The notes under the pieces were generated by a model that was given only the letters and a program-made list of their open reading frames with translations, did no database searches and was not told the DNA's origin. Shown piece after piece: positions 7,615 to 16,789 of a stretch of DNA of 32,468 nucleotides (the stretch's first letter is position 1; each line of letters begins with the position of its first letter). The stretch is taken from the NCBI GenBank assembly GCA_032128115.1, contig JAQBHB010000100.1, positions 1-32,468 of the forward strand, given 5' to 3'. Origin of the DNA: Deltaproteobacteria bacterium. Lineage in GTDB: Bacteria > Myxococcota_A > UBA9160 > SMWR01. The translations under genes and the position numbers were made by a program.

Positions 7615-8565
7615 TCAGCGCTCGGGCGTGGCGACCACCACGCGCAGCGTCGTCGGATCGCGCAGCACCTCGGCCACGTCGGGAATCAGCAGCACATGCG
7701 ATCGCCCCCGCGCACCGCGCCAGTGAAGGCGCGCCAGGCGGTCGCCCACCCGCGCGAACGGCCCCAACCAGCCGCTGGAGAATGCGCGCCGGACCATTTC
7801 ATCCACGGGCCGGGTCTGCTCCGGCGACAATCTGGCCTGCCCCACCACGACGCCCGACGGTACGGCATAGAGTGCGCTGAGCGCCGGATCCGTCAACGGC
7901 TCCCTGGCAAGGATCCGGCGGCCCAGCTGGCGCACCTGATCCACCGAATGATTCATGACGGTGATGCCACGGGTGGCGTGCCCCTGGAAGCCGAGTGCGT
8001 GACCCAGCTCGTGGAGTGCACTTCCCGCCAGCTCCTCCCGGGTGAGCGCCACCTCGCGACCGAGGACACTGCGTTCCGAGCGCCGCAGGTAGACGTTGGC
8101 CGACAGGATCCGGGCTCCCAGAACCCGGGCCTCGCTTCCGTCCAGCGCCGACCGGGCCAGGGCGCAATCGGCCGTGGTGTAGGCGGTGCGGGGGGTGCTC
8201 TCGTCTTCCCCGGCCGGGGCAAGGAACTGGATGGCGATGCCGGCACCCGGCGCGCGGGAGGCCCCGAAGCGCACACCCAACCCAGCGCCCTCCCAGGCCG
8301 CAAGCGCCTGCTCGAGCAGCGCCCGCTCCTCGGGGCTGGCATCGTCGGGCAGCGACACGGGAATCAACGGGCCCTGGGGCCATCGACACAGGAAGAATGT
8401 GAGCCTGCCCCTGGCGGGCAACAGATAGGGCGTGGCGTCGGCGAGCGCCTGTGCATCGAGCCCGGGGAAGCGCACCACCAGCGCAGACGCATCCCATAGG
8501 GGCGCCGGCGCACATCCCCACAGCGTCGCCGCCACCAGCCCGAAGAGGGTCCCCTTCGCTCGCAT
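7615..8565 (-). CDS. Metzincin (matrixin-like) zinc metalloprotease lipoprotein
   Basis: HELGHALGFQGH zinc motif followed by a Met-turn-like ITVMN. Signal peptide with lipobox LWGC. Confidence 0.75.
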   Translation of the reverse strand: MRAKGTLFGLVAATLWGCAPAPLWDASALVVRFPGLDAQALADATPYLLPARGRLTFFLCRWPQGPLIPVSLPDDASPEERALLEQALAAWEGAGLGVRFGASRAPGAGIAIQFLAPAGEDESTPRTAYTTADCALARSALDGSEARVLGARILSANVYLRRSERSVLGREVALTREELAGSALHELGHALGFQGHATRGITVMNHSVDQVRQLGRRILAREPLTDPALSALYAVPSGVVVGQARLSPEQTRPVDEMVRRAFSSGWLGPFARVGDRLARLHWRGARGRSHVLLIPDVAEVLRDPTTLRVVVATPER

Positions 8566-8716
8566 GCGCCACCAGCATCCCGCAGGGGATTGGAAACGAA
8601 GGTAGCGGCCACGGCGTATCGGGTCGCCCAGTACGCCGCCCCACGAGATCGAAGGGATCCCGGTGGGTCTACCCGCCGATGGTTTCGGGTAGAATCAGCG
8701 GCCAAAGGAGACGCCT

Positions 8717-9940
8717 GTGGCCATCGACTTCACGCTTCCCGAAGACGTCATCGAGGTGCGCGACCGGGTGCGCGCCTTCATGCACGATCAGGTCGTGCCC
8801 AGCGAGGAGCGACTCCGAGAGGGCAACGATCTCTCGGCCTGGCGACCGGCCCTCACGGCCCTGCGCGAGAAGGCTCGGGCCGAGGGCCTCTGGGCTCCGC
8901 ACATGCCGACCCAGTGGGGAGGCATGGGCCTCGGCGCCACCGCCATGGCGTTCGTCTCCGCCGAGTGCGGCCGCACGCGTTTCGGGGCCTACATCCTCAA
9001 CTGCCACGCCCCGGACGAAGGCAACATGCACACGATCCTCCACTTCGGGACCCAGGAGCAGAAGGAGAAGTACCTGCGACCGCTCGTGGATGGCGAGTGC
9101 CGTTCGTGTTTCTCCATGACCGAACCCGACGTGGCGGGGTCCGACCCCACGGAACTCCAGACGTCGGCGCTGAAGGACGGCGACGACTGGGTGATCAACG
9201 GCCGCAAGTGGTTCACCTCCGGCGCTCGCGGTGCTCGCTTCGCAATCGTGATCGCGCGCACCGATCCGGAGGCCAGCCCGCCCCAGGCCCGCAACAGCGC
9301 CTTCTTCGTGGAGTGCGACAACCCCGGTTTCCAGATCGTGCGCGATATCGAGACCATGGCGGGCAAGGGCAACCACTGCGAGATCGAATATGTGGATTGT
9401 CGGGTTCCCGCCAATGCGCTCTTCGGAGGACGCGGGCAGGGCCACCGCCTGGGACAGGTGCGGCTCGGCCCCGCGCGCCTGGCCCACTGCATGCGCTGGA
9501 TCGGCAACGCAGAAACGGCCCTCGACCTGCTGGTGGACCGCGCGCTCAAACGCAAACTCCATGGCGGCGTGCTCGCCGACAAGCAGCTCACCCAGATCAA
9601 GATCTCCGAGAGCGTCATGGAGCTGTACCAGTGCAAGCTGATGGTTCTACACGCCGCCTACCTGATCGAGAACAAGCTCCCGTTCCGGAACGAGGTCTCC
9701 ATGTGCAAGCACCACGTGGCCAACACCCTGTGGCGGGTGATCGACCGGGCGATCCAGGTGCACGGGGCCCTGGGCTACTCCACCGACAGCGACCTGGAGT
9801 CCATGATGAAGCACGCGCGCTCGGCGCGTCTGGTGGACGGCGCCGATGAGGTCCACCTGTCCCAGATCGCCCGGACGGCCATCGAAATCTTCCAGACCGA
9901 GGGAAGCGTCCGCAACGCCACGGGCGCCAACCTGCTCTAG
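8717..9940 (+). CDS. Acyl-CoA dehydrogenase (ACAD10/11 / LvaC-like subfamily)
   Basis: NCHAPDEGNMH, SCFSMTEPDVAGSD, INGRKWFTSG, RLGPARLAHCMR, RAIQVHGALG, RLVDGADEVH. RBS aaggag. Confidence 0.93.
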   Translation: MAIDFTLPEDVIEVRDRVRAFMHDQVVPSEERLREGNDLSAWRPALTALREKARAEGLWAPHMPTQWGGMGLGATAMAFVSAECGRTRFGAYILNCHAPDEGNMHTILHFGTQEQKEKYLRPLVDGECRSCFSMTEPDVAGSDPTELQTSALKDGDDWVINGRKWFTSGARGARFAIVIARTDPEASPPQARNSAFFVECDNPGFQIVRDIETMAGKGNHCEIEYVDCRVPANALFGGRGQGHRLGQVRLGPARLAHCMRWIGNAETALDLLVDRALKRKLHGGVLADKQLTQIKISESVMELYQCKLMVLHAAYLIENKLPFRNEVSMCKHHVANTLWRVIDRAIQVHGALGYSTDSDLESMMKHARSARLVDGADEVHLSQIARTAIEIFQTEGSVRNATGANLL

Positions 9941-9960
9941 CAGATCAGCGCCGCCGGGCG

Positions 9961-10038
9961 CGTCGGGGGGAGCCGGTCTAGGGACGGCGTTCCGCCGCCG
10001 TCGGGGGCGAGCCGGTCTAGGGACGGCGTTCCGCCGCC
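9961..10038. repeat. Tandem duplication of about 39 bp covering the kinase gene 3' end
   Basis: The 30-mer gagccggtctagggacggcgttccgccgcc is identical at 9970-9999 and 10009-10038; each copy is preceded by cgtcggggg. Confidence 0.9.
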
Positions 10039-11099
10039 AATCGATAGAGGCCTTCGGCCAGGGCACCAAGCCCCTGGAAGCGCTCGTCATGGGTCTGTCC
10101 CTGCGCGAATCGGAAATAGATCTGCTGGAGCACCACGCCCATCTTGAAGGTGCCGAACACGATGTAATAGGCCAGCGCGTCCACGCTGCGGCCACCGCGA
10201 TCGGCGTAGCGGCGGGCCGCCTCGTCGCGACTCATGAATCCCTCGGACTGGGTGGGCATGGGATTGCTTCCGGCCAGGGACTCGCCGCGGTCGCTCCAGA
10301 GCCCCAGCAGGGTCCCCACGTCGCACAGGGGATCGCCCAGCGTGCACATGTCCCAGTCGTAGACCGCCACACAGCGTCCCGGGTCGTCGGCGGCCACCGC
10401 CATGTTGTCGAGCTTCCAGTCATTGTGCACCAGCGTGGCAGCGGGCGACTCGGGCCGGTTGTCCAGCAGCCAGCGCACCACCTCGTCGGCGATGGGCGTG
10501 TCCGAAGTCCTGGCTCGTTCGTAGCGTCCGGCCCATCCCCGCACCTGTCGCTCCAGGAAGCCCTCGGGTTTTCCCAGATCGTCGAGGCCCAACGGCCGAG
10601 GCTCGACGGCGTGGAATCGGACCAGCGTGTCGATCACCACCTGGGAGAGCTTGCGATTCGCCACCCGGTCGCTCCCGCCGCCGAACTCCGGGGGGATCTG
10701 GTCGCGCACCACCACGCCGTATCGGCGCTCCATCACCAGGAAGTCGGCGCCGATGATCGAGGCATCGTCGCAGTACAGGTAGGCGCGCGGCGCGAGGGGG
10801 AACGCCTGCCAGAGCCTCGAGAGGGCCCGGTATTCCCGGTGCATGTCGTGGGAGCGCGGGGCCACCGGACCCAGGGGCGGGCGGCGCAGCACGTACTCCC
10901 GGGCCCCATCGCCATCGCCGTAGAGCAGTCGGTAGGTCAGGTTGGCATGGCCACCCCCGAACTGGCTCACGCGAAGGGGCTGCTCGGAGCCCTCCAATTT
11001 GCCGTGCAGGAATCCGGAGAGCCTCGACTCGTCGAAGCGCTCGTCCTTGCGCACATCGATCAGATCCGGCGAACTCGTGGAAGCGGACCCATCAGCCAT
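10017..11099 (-). CDS. Phosphotransferase (APH/choline-kinase fold; ACAD10/11 N-terminal / LvaA-like)
   Basis: QFGGGHANLTY, VLRRPP, SHDMHREY, HNDWKLDN catalytic loop, DWDMCTLGDPL. Confidence 0.9.
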   Translation of the reverse strand: MADGSASTSSPDLIDVRKDERFDESRLSGFLHGKLEGSEQPLRVSQFGGGHANLTYRLLYGDGDGAREYVLRRPPLGPVAPRSHDMHREYRALSRLWQAFPLAPRAYLYCDDASIIGADFLVMERRYGVVVRDQIPPEFGGGSDRVANRKLSQVVIDTLVRFHAVEPRPLGLDDLGKPEGFLERQVRGWAGRYERARTSDTPIADEVVRWLLDNRPESPAATLVHNDWKLDNMAVAADDPGRCVAVYDWDMCTLGDPLCDVGTLLGLWSDRGESLAGSNPMPTQSEGFMSRDEAARRYADRGGRSVDALAYYIVFGTFKMGVVLQQIYFRFAQGQTHDERFQGLGALAEGLYRLAAERRP

Positions 11100-11115
11100 G
11101 CCGCGGTCGATCCTA

Positions 11116-13071
11116 TCACACGCTTCGGGAGGACAGCCCCGCGCCTTCCACCAGGTTCACGCCCTCGGGTCTCACATCGGTCTCGAAGCCGAACACCCGC
11201 GAGTAGAACCAGAGCTCGCCGTTCAGTGCAGCGCGGATGTTCTCGCTGCGACGGAAGCCGTGCCGCTCCCCTTCGAAGGGTACATAGGCATGGGCGATGC
11301 CGCGCCGGGCCAGGGCCGCAACCATGGCCTCGGCCTGGCTGGGGGGGACGACGCGGTCGTCGAGCCCCTGGAAGAAGATGACCGGGCACGACAGCTGTTC
11401 GGTGAAGTGGATCGGCGAGCGCTCCCGGTAGCGCTCTCGGCACTCGGGCCACGGGCCCACCAGTCCGTCCAGGTAGCGCGCCTCGAATTTGTGGGTGTCA
11501 CGGGCCATCGCCGCAAGGTCTCCGATTCCGTAGTGGCTGGCGCCTGCGCGGAAGCTGTCGTAGAACGTGAGTGCGCACAGGGTCGTGTAACCGCCGGCGC
11601 TGCCGCCGGTGATGGCCAGTCGCGCCGGGTCGGCCAGGCCCCGGTCGCAGGTGGCATGCGCGGCCCCCACGCAATCACGGACGTCGGCGATCCCCCAGGC
11701 GCCTCGCAGGGCCTCCCGATAGGCTCGCCCGTAGCCCGCGCTGCCGCGGTAGTTCACGTCGACAACGCCTATGCCGCGCGAAGTCCAGAACTGGATGCGA
11801 AGATCCAGCGCGTCGGTAGCAGCCGACGTGGGGCCGCCGTGGCTCTTCACCAGCAGCGGAGGTCGCTCGCTCGCCAGTCCCGTGAACTCCGGATGCCGGG
11901 GCCGATAGAGCCAGGCGTGGGCTCGTGTGCCCTCCTCGCTCTCGAACTCGATCGCCTCGGGAACCGACACGAAGGCCGGGTCCACCGGATCCATCAGGGT
12001 CGAGCGGTGCTCGTGCAACGCACCGGTCTCCCACTCGAGAGTCCAGATTCCCGCCGCCCGGGTGTTGCTGGCAGCTACGAAGCAGGCGCGGTCCGCCTCC
12101 ACGCGCAGGTCGCGTACGTACGTGAAGGGAAGCGACAGATCCTCGAGGACGCCCGTCTCGAGGTCGAGTCGGCACAGGCGGTCGCTTCCGCTCCGGGTCT
12201 CGACACACAGGAGGCGCGTCTCGCCGATGAAGGCGTAGCTCGAGAGCGCGAAGATCCAGGGGGGAAGTCCGAATTCCGACTCGCGGGCGCAAACGGCAAC
12301 CGCACCGGACTCGCGCTGCTGGTAGAGGTTCCACCAGCCCGAGCGATCGGAGACGAATGTGAGCACGCCACCGGGCGAGAATCCCGGCTGGACCACCGAC
12401 TCGTCCACGCCGCCCGCAATCTCCCGGGCCGCACCCGTCGGACCCTCGGCGCTCCACCCGATCACCCGAAGGCGGGTTCCGTCCCAGGGCATCTGCGGAT
12501 GCGACCAGACCGTGAACGCGAGCCGGTCCCCGGACGGCGAGAAACGTGGCGAGCTCACGAAGTCGGTGCCCTGGGAGACGACGCGGGCCGCACCCGGAAC
12601 GGCCAGGGGAATCGCGACCAGCCGATTTTCCGGTTCGCCTTCGGCGCGCGGCTTTTCCTCCACCGCCAGCAGCCAGCGACCGTCGGGCGAGATCTCGAAA
12701 TCGGCGTAGCCGGCGCCCAGCGCCGTCAGCGCCCGAACCGCTCCGCCCGACGCATCCATGCGGTACACGCGCTGATCGGAGAAGTCGCTGAAGACCAGTG
12801 CGCCGTCGCGCACGCCGTAGTCACCGCCTCCGTACTCGTGGACGCGGGTGCGAACGTTGACAGCCGGAGGGGTCACGTCGGCGGGGCCCGCCGCGCCGCG
12901 TGCGGCCACCACCGCCTGCCGCCCGCCCTCGGACGGTCGACCTTCCAGCCAATAGAGGTCGCCCCGGTCCAGTCGCGGAAGCGACAGGCGCAGGCTGCGC
13001 TCACTGATGCCCCTGGACTCGAAGGGAGACGTCCAGCTTCCATGGGCGCGGGCGCTTTGGGTGCGGCTCAT
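11116..13071 (-). CDS. S9 family peptidase (prolyl oligopeptidase / acylaminoacyl peptidase)
   Basis: N-terminal HGSWTSP, RTRVHEYGGG, HGGPT, GGSAGG nucleophile, DDRVVP, GERHGF. ATG at 13071. Confidence 0.93.
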   Translation of the reverse strand: MSRTQSARAHGSWTSPFESRGISERSLRLSLPRLDRGDLYWLEGRPSEGGRQAVVAARGAAGPADVTPPAVNVRTRVHEYGGGDYGVRDGALVFSDFSDQRVYRMDASGGAVRALTALGAGYADFEISPDGRWLLAVEEKPRAEGEPENRLVAIPLAVPGAARVVSQGTDFVSSPRFSPSGDRLAFTVWSHPQMPWDGTRLRVIGWSAEGPTGAAREIAGGVDESVVQPGFSPGGVLTFVSDRSGWWNLYQQRESGAVAVCARESEFGLPPWIFALSSYAFIGETRLLCVETRSGSDRLCRLDLETGVLEDLSLPFTYVRDLRVEADRACFVAASNTRAAGIWTLEWETGALHEHRSTLMDPVDPAFVSVPEAIEFESEEGTRAHAWLYRPRHPEFTGLASERPPLLVKSHGGPTSAATDALDLRIQFWTSRGIGVVDVNYRGSAGYGRAYREALRGAWGIADVRDCVGAAHATCDRGLADPARLAITGGSAGGYTTLCALTFYDSFRAGASHYGIGDLAAMARDTHKFEARYLDGLVGPWPECRERYRERSPIHFTEQLSCPVIFFQGLDDRVVPPSQAEAMVAALARRGIAHAYVPFEGERHGFRRSENIRAALNGELWFYSRVFGFETDVRPEGVNLVEGAGLSSRSV

Positions 13072-13166
13072 CCGGGGAACTCTCACTCCCGTTGGAAGGT
13101 GGGGCGCCCGCGCATGCGGCGATACTCTACCGCCCCCGGTTCTCCCCGTGCGAGGCTGCCGAGCGC

Positions 13167-13916
13167 GTGACACCCACCGAGATCGCCCTGCTCGTTGGCG
13201 GCGGCGTGCTGGCCGGCGTGGTGAACACCCTGGCCGGCGGCGGCTCGCTCCTGACGGTCCCCCTGCTGGTGATGACCGGCCTGCCGGGAACCCTGGCCAA
13301 CGGGACCAACCGCCTGGGCATCCTGCTGCAGAGCGCCATTGCGTCCGGCGCCTTCCGCGCCCTGGGAATCCCCGGGTTTCGCGCAGCGCTCCCGATCCTG
13401 GCCCCGGTGGTGCTTGGCTCGATCCTGGGCGCCTCCCTGATTTCACGCGCCAGCGACGCCATGTTCGAGCGACTGTTCGGGGCGCTCATGCTGGTCTTGA
13501 TGGTCCCGACCCTGCGTCGCCGCCCCGCATCGCCAGACGCGCCAAGGCGGCCGTGGTCCCCCGCCGTGTCCGCACTCGTGTTCTTTGCCGTCGGCCTGTA
13601 CGGCGGCGCGTTCCAGGCGGGCATCGGCGTCGTGCTGATCTTCGCCCTGTCCCACGCCGGAATGGACCTGGTGAGGGCCAACGCGGTGAAGATGGTGGTC
13701 ACCCTGGCACTCACCGCCGTCGCCCTGCCGGTATTCCTGTGGCAGGGCCAGATCGCCTGGGCGCCGGGTCTGGTGCTGGCCCTGGGCTACGGCCTGGGCG
13801 GCGGCCTCGGCGCCCGGCTGGCGGTACGCCGCGGCGAGGCCCTGATTCGCCCGCTGCTCGCCCTGGCCGTGCTGGCTCTCGCCGGGCGCATGTTCGGCCT
13901 CTACGGAGGCGGCTGA
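13167..13916 (+). CDS. TauE/SafE family (TSUP) membrane transporter
   Basis: AGVVNTLAGGGSLLTVP, ANGTNR, GLYGGAFQAGIG, ANAVK. About 8 hydrophobic segments. GTG at 13167 chosen as start. Confidence 0.88.
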   Translation: MTPTEIALLVGGGVLAGVVNTLAGGGSLLTVPLLVMTGLPGTLANGTNRLGILLQSAIASGAFRALGIPGFRAALPILAPVVLGSILGASLISRASDAMFERLFGALMLVLMVPTLRRRPASPDAPRRPWSPAVSALVFFAVGLYGGAFQAGIGVVLIFALSHAGMDLVRANAVKMVVTLALTAVALPVFLWQGQIAWAPGLVLALGYGLGGGLGARLAVRRGEALIRPLLALAVLALAGRMFGLYGGG

Positions 13917-13968
13917 CTCCCCGCGCCCGCTGGTTTGCTGGCTTCGGGCGCCGAGCGATACTGACCTC

Positions 13969-15654
13969 GTGACTACCGTTGCCGTCACCCGAACCAGCCG
14001 ATGGCTCTACGGCCCGGTGCCGGATCTGCTGCTGGGGTGTGGCCTGTGGTACGCGGCCGCCCTGGCGATCCTGGCCGTCGCGGGCCCCGAGATCCGGGCC
14101 CTGGGCACCGTGTCACTGCTTCCGTTCGTGGTGCTGTTCGTGAGCACGCCCCACTATGGGGCGACCCTGCTGCGCGTCTACGAGCAGCGGGAAGACCGGC
14201 GCGCCTACACCTTGTTCGCCGTCTGGGTCACGCTGGTGCTTGCCATCGCCTTTGCCGTGGGCGTGCACGTGGGGATCGTGGGCTCGGTGATCCTCACGCT
14301 CTACTTCACCTGGAGCCCGTGGCACTACACGGGCCAGAACTACGGAATCGCCGTCCTGTTCCTGCGCCGCCGGGGCGTCGACCTGGCCCCACACGTGAAG
14401 CGGGTCCTGTACGCGTCGTTCCTGCTGTCGTACCTGCTGACCTTCCTGGCTCTCCACATGGGTGACACCGCCAGCAACTACGCGCCGGCCTCCTACGAAG
14501 ACACGAGCTACAGCTTCCTCCCCCTGGGCATCCCGGATCCCTGGGGCTCCTTTGCCTTCGCGATCGTGGCCGTGGCCTACCTCGCGAGCGTGGTGGCGGC
14601 CGGAGTCCTGCTGGTAAGGCGCGCCTCGCTGACCGAGCTGGCCCCGGCCGCGGGCCTGATCCTCACCCAGGCCCTCTGGTTCAGCGTGCCGTTGGCCCTG
14701 CGCCGCTGGCACGTGGACACGCGCATCGAGCCCTGGAACGAGGATTTCGGCGCCTACTACTTCCTGTGGATCGCCATCGGTCACGCGGTCCAGTACGTCT
14801 GGATCACGTCCTACTACGCCAGGGCGGGCGGCGCCTGGCGGGGTCAGGCCGTCTATCTGCTCAAGGCCATGCTCGCGGGCGCCGCCTTGTGGACCCTACC
14901 GGCTCTGGTGTTCATGCCCGAGCTGCTTGGCCGGCTCCCCTTCGAAGCGGGCCTCGGCGTGTTGGTGGCTGCCACCGTGAACGTCCACCACTTCATTCTC
15001 GACGGCGCCATCTGGAAGCTGCGCGATGGACGCGTGGCCCGCATCCTGCTGCGCCCGCGCCAGTCCGAAGACGAGGAAGCGGCGTCCAGCGCACACAGAA
15101 CGCGTTGGATGCGCCCCCTGGTGTGGGTCACCGGCGCCGTCTGCCTGGCAATCATGTTCGGCGCCAAGTGGGAGCGCGAGTTCGGCGTGCGCCACGGCTT
15201 TGCGAATCACGATCTGAACCGGGTGCGCCAGGCCATCAACCGGCTGGAGCGGGTGGGCCGCGACAGCCCCAAGCTCCGCGTCGAGCTGGCCCGGGCCCTG
15301 AGCCACGAGGGCGCCACTCCCTATGCCAAGCTCGAATACCAGGCGTCCATCGACCTCCAACCCACGGCAGCCGCCTGGCTGGGGCTGGGCATGCTGGAGC
15401 ACGGCGAGCGGAACTGGGATGCAGCCGCCGAGGCCTACCAGGAGTGTGTGACGCTCGACCCGAGGCTGGAGACCGCGTGGTACAACCTGGGGCTCTCCCG
15501 CATGAAGCTCGGGCAATACGAACACGCCCGCGACGCCTTTGCACGAGCCGTGGCGCTGAACGCGGATCGCGGGGTCAACCAACAGATGCTCGACAAGGCC
15601 GCAGCCGCCATCGAGGCCCGCGATGCCGGCTCGGCGGCCGACCCGGACGCCTAG
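13969..15654 (+). CDS. Uncharacterised polytopic membrane protein with His motifs and C-terminal TPRs
   Basis: About 10 hydrophobic helices containing PHYG, WHYTGQNYG, GHAVQY and VHHFILDGAIWK. TPR pattern AWLGLG / AWYNLG...A...FARAVAL. Confidence 0.8.
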   Translation: MTTVAVTRTSRWLYGPVPDLLLGCGLWYAAALAILAVAGPEIRALGTVSLLPFVVLFVSTPHYGATLLRVYEQREDRRAYTLFAVWVTLVLAIAFAVGVHVGIVGSVILTLYFTWSPWHYTGQNYGIAVLFLRRRGVDLAPHVKRVLYASFLLSYLLTFLALHMGDTASNYAPASYEDTSYSFLPLGIPDPWGSFAFAIVAVAYLASVVAAGVLLVRRASLTELAPAAGLILTQALWFSVPLALRRWHVDTRIEPWNEDFGAYYFLWIAIGHAVQYVWITSYYARAGGAWRGQAVYLLKAMLAGAALWTLPALVFMPELLGRLPFEAGLGVLVAATVNVHHFILDGAIWKLRDGRVARILLRPRQSEDEEAASSAHRTRWMRPLVWVTGAVCLAIMFGAKWEREFGVRHGFANHDLNRVRQAINRLERVGRDSPKLRVELARALSHEGATPYAKLEYQASIDLQPTAAAWLGLGMLEHGERNWDAAAEAYQECVTLDPRLETAWYNLGLSRMKLGQYEHARDAFARAVALNADRGVNQQMLDKAAAAIEARDAGSAADPDA

Positions 15655-16133
15655 AGCTCGGCCAGGATCGCCTCGGCGCTGCTCACCTCGAACTTCATGG
15701 GCTTTTCCACCGCCAGCGTCTTCACCACGCCGTCGTCGACGATCGCTGCGTAGCGCTGGGAGCGGGTGCCCATTCCGAAGTTCGAGCCGTCGAAGTCGAG
15801 TCCGACGGCCTTCGCGAACTCACCGCTACCATCGCCGAGCATCAGGATCTTGTCGCCGACGCCCCGATCCCGGCCCCAGGCATCCATCACGAAGGCATCG
15901 TTGACGGAGATGCACGCGATGGTGTCGATCCCCTTGGCCAGGATCTCGTCGGATCTGGCGATGAAGCCCGGCAGGTGATGCTCGGAGCACGTGGGAGTGA
16001 AGGCACCCGGCACCGCGAACAGCACCACCCGTTTCCCCGCGAAGACCTCCTGGGTCGTGAGGGTCTTCATGCCCCCGTCCAACATTGCCGTGAGCTTCAC
16101 GTTCGGGAGTTTCTCGCCCACCTGGATCGCCAT
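15651..16133 (-). CDS. Peroxiredoxin, Prx5 (type II) family
   Basis: VPGAFTPTCS, SVNDAFVMDAW, RSQRYA. RBS aaagga. Its stop shares the CTAG with the convergent gene's stop. Confidence 0.95.
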   Translation of the reverse strand: MAIQVGEKLPNVKLTAMLDGGMKTLTTQEVFAGKRVVLFAVPGAFTPTCSEHHLPGFIARSDEILAKGIDTIACISVNDAFVMDAWGRDRGVGDKILMLGDGSGEFAKAVGLDFDGSNFGMGTRSQRYAAIVDDGVVKTLAVEKPMKFEVSSAEAILAEL

Positions 16134-16253
16134 GGGAGTTCCTTTCGTGTGGTGAATGGGGCAGCGAGCATACGGAATCGGGAGGCGCTTCGCCGTTGCT
16201 CGCGGTACGCTGATTTGCCCCGGGCCGCCGCCGGCCCGGACACAGGAGGTCTC

Positions 16254-16739
16254 ATGCGCAGTGCGTCCCTGCTCTCCAACAGCCTGCTGCTGCTCCTCGC
16301 GCTGGTCATTCCGGCGGGAGCCGCGGAAACCGATCCCGCCGCAGCCGCGGAGTCCGAGGCGGCGCCGGCCGCGAAAGAGGCGGCGGCGCCCGCGGCGCAC
16401 AAGTCCATCACCACCAAGTCGGGGCTCATCTACACCGAGATCGTCACGGGCAGCGGCGCCCGGCCCACGGACACCAATCTGGTGGAGGTCCACTACCACG
16501 GTACCTTCGCGAACGGCAAGGTTTTCGACAGCAGTGTGGAACGCGACCAGCCGGCGCGGTTTCCCTTGAACCGGGTGATCCCATGCTGGACCGAGGGGCT
16601 CCAGAAGATGAAGGTGGGCGGCCGGTCCACTCTCGTATGCCCGCCCCAGATCGCCTACGGCGCCCGAGGCGCCCCGCCGCGCATCCCCCCGAATGCGACC
16701 CTCACATTCGAAGTCGAGCTGCTCGACATCGTGCGCTGA
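16254..16739 (+). CDS. FKBP-type peptidyl-prolyl cis-trans isomerase, exported (Mip/FkpA-like)
   Basis: Signal peptide, VHYHGT...FDSS, VIPCWTEGL, AYG, IPPNATLTFEVELL. RBS aggagg. Confidence 0.95.
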   Translation: MRSASLLSNSLLLLLALVIPAGAAETDPAAAAESEAAPAAKEAAAPAAHKSITTKSGLIYTEIVTGSGARPTDTNLVEVHYHGTFANGKVFDSSVERDQPARFPLNRVIPCWTEGLQKMKVGGRSTLVCPPQIAYGARGAPPRIPPNATLTFEVELLDIVR

Positions 16740-16759
16740 GCGCAACTCGGTCGACCCGG

Positions 16760-16789
16760 GCTTCGCCGCCAGCTCGAAGGCGGCGAGGC
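16760..16789. terminator. Hairpin between convergent genes
   Basis: gcttcgccgcc-agctcgaa-ggcggcgaggc, an 11-bp stem with one G-U pair and no U-tract. Confidence 0.5.

Noticed and set aside
9961..10038. Possible mini-CRISPR (30-bp repeats)
   Set aside because: Only two copies, a 9-bp gap that is itself repeated, overlap with a gene end, and no cas genes.
10942..13170. 742-aa + strand ORF, and similar long antisense or alternative-frame ORFs (1970-3682, 9846-11381, 20952-22508, 22291-24198, 22521-24173)
   Set aside because: They overlap well-supported genes, and their compositions (Arg/Pro/Gly-rich or antisense-patterned) are typical of GC-rich shadow frames.
14766..16253. Apparent 657-aa FKBP fusion
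   Set aside because: The real gene starts at ATG 16254 with an AGGAGG RBS and signal peptide. The upstream part overlaps the TPR gene and the peroxiredoxin.
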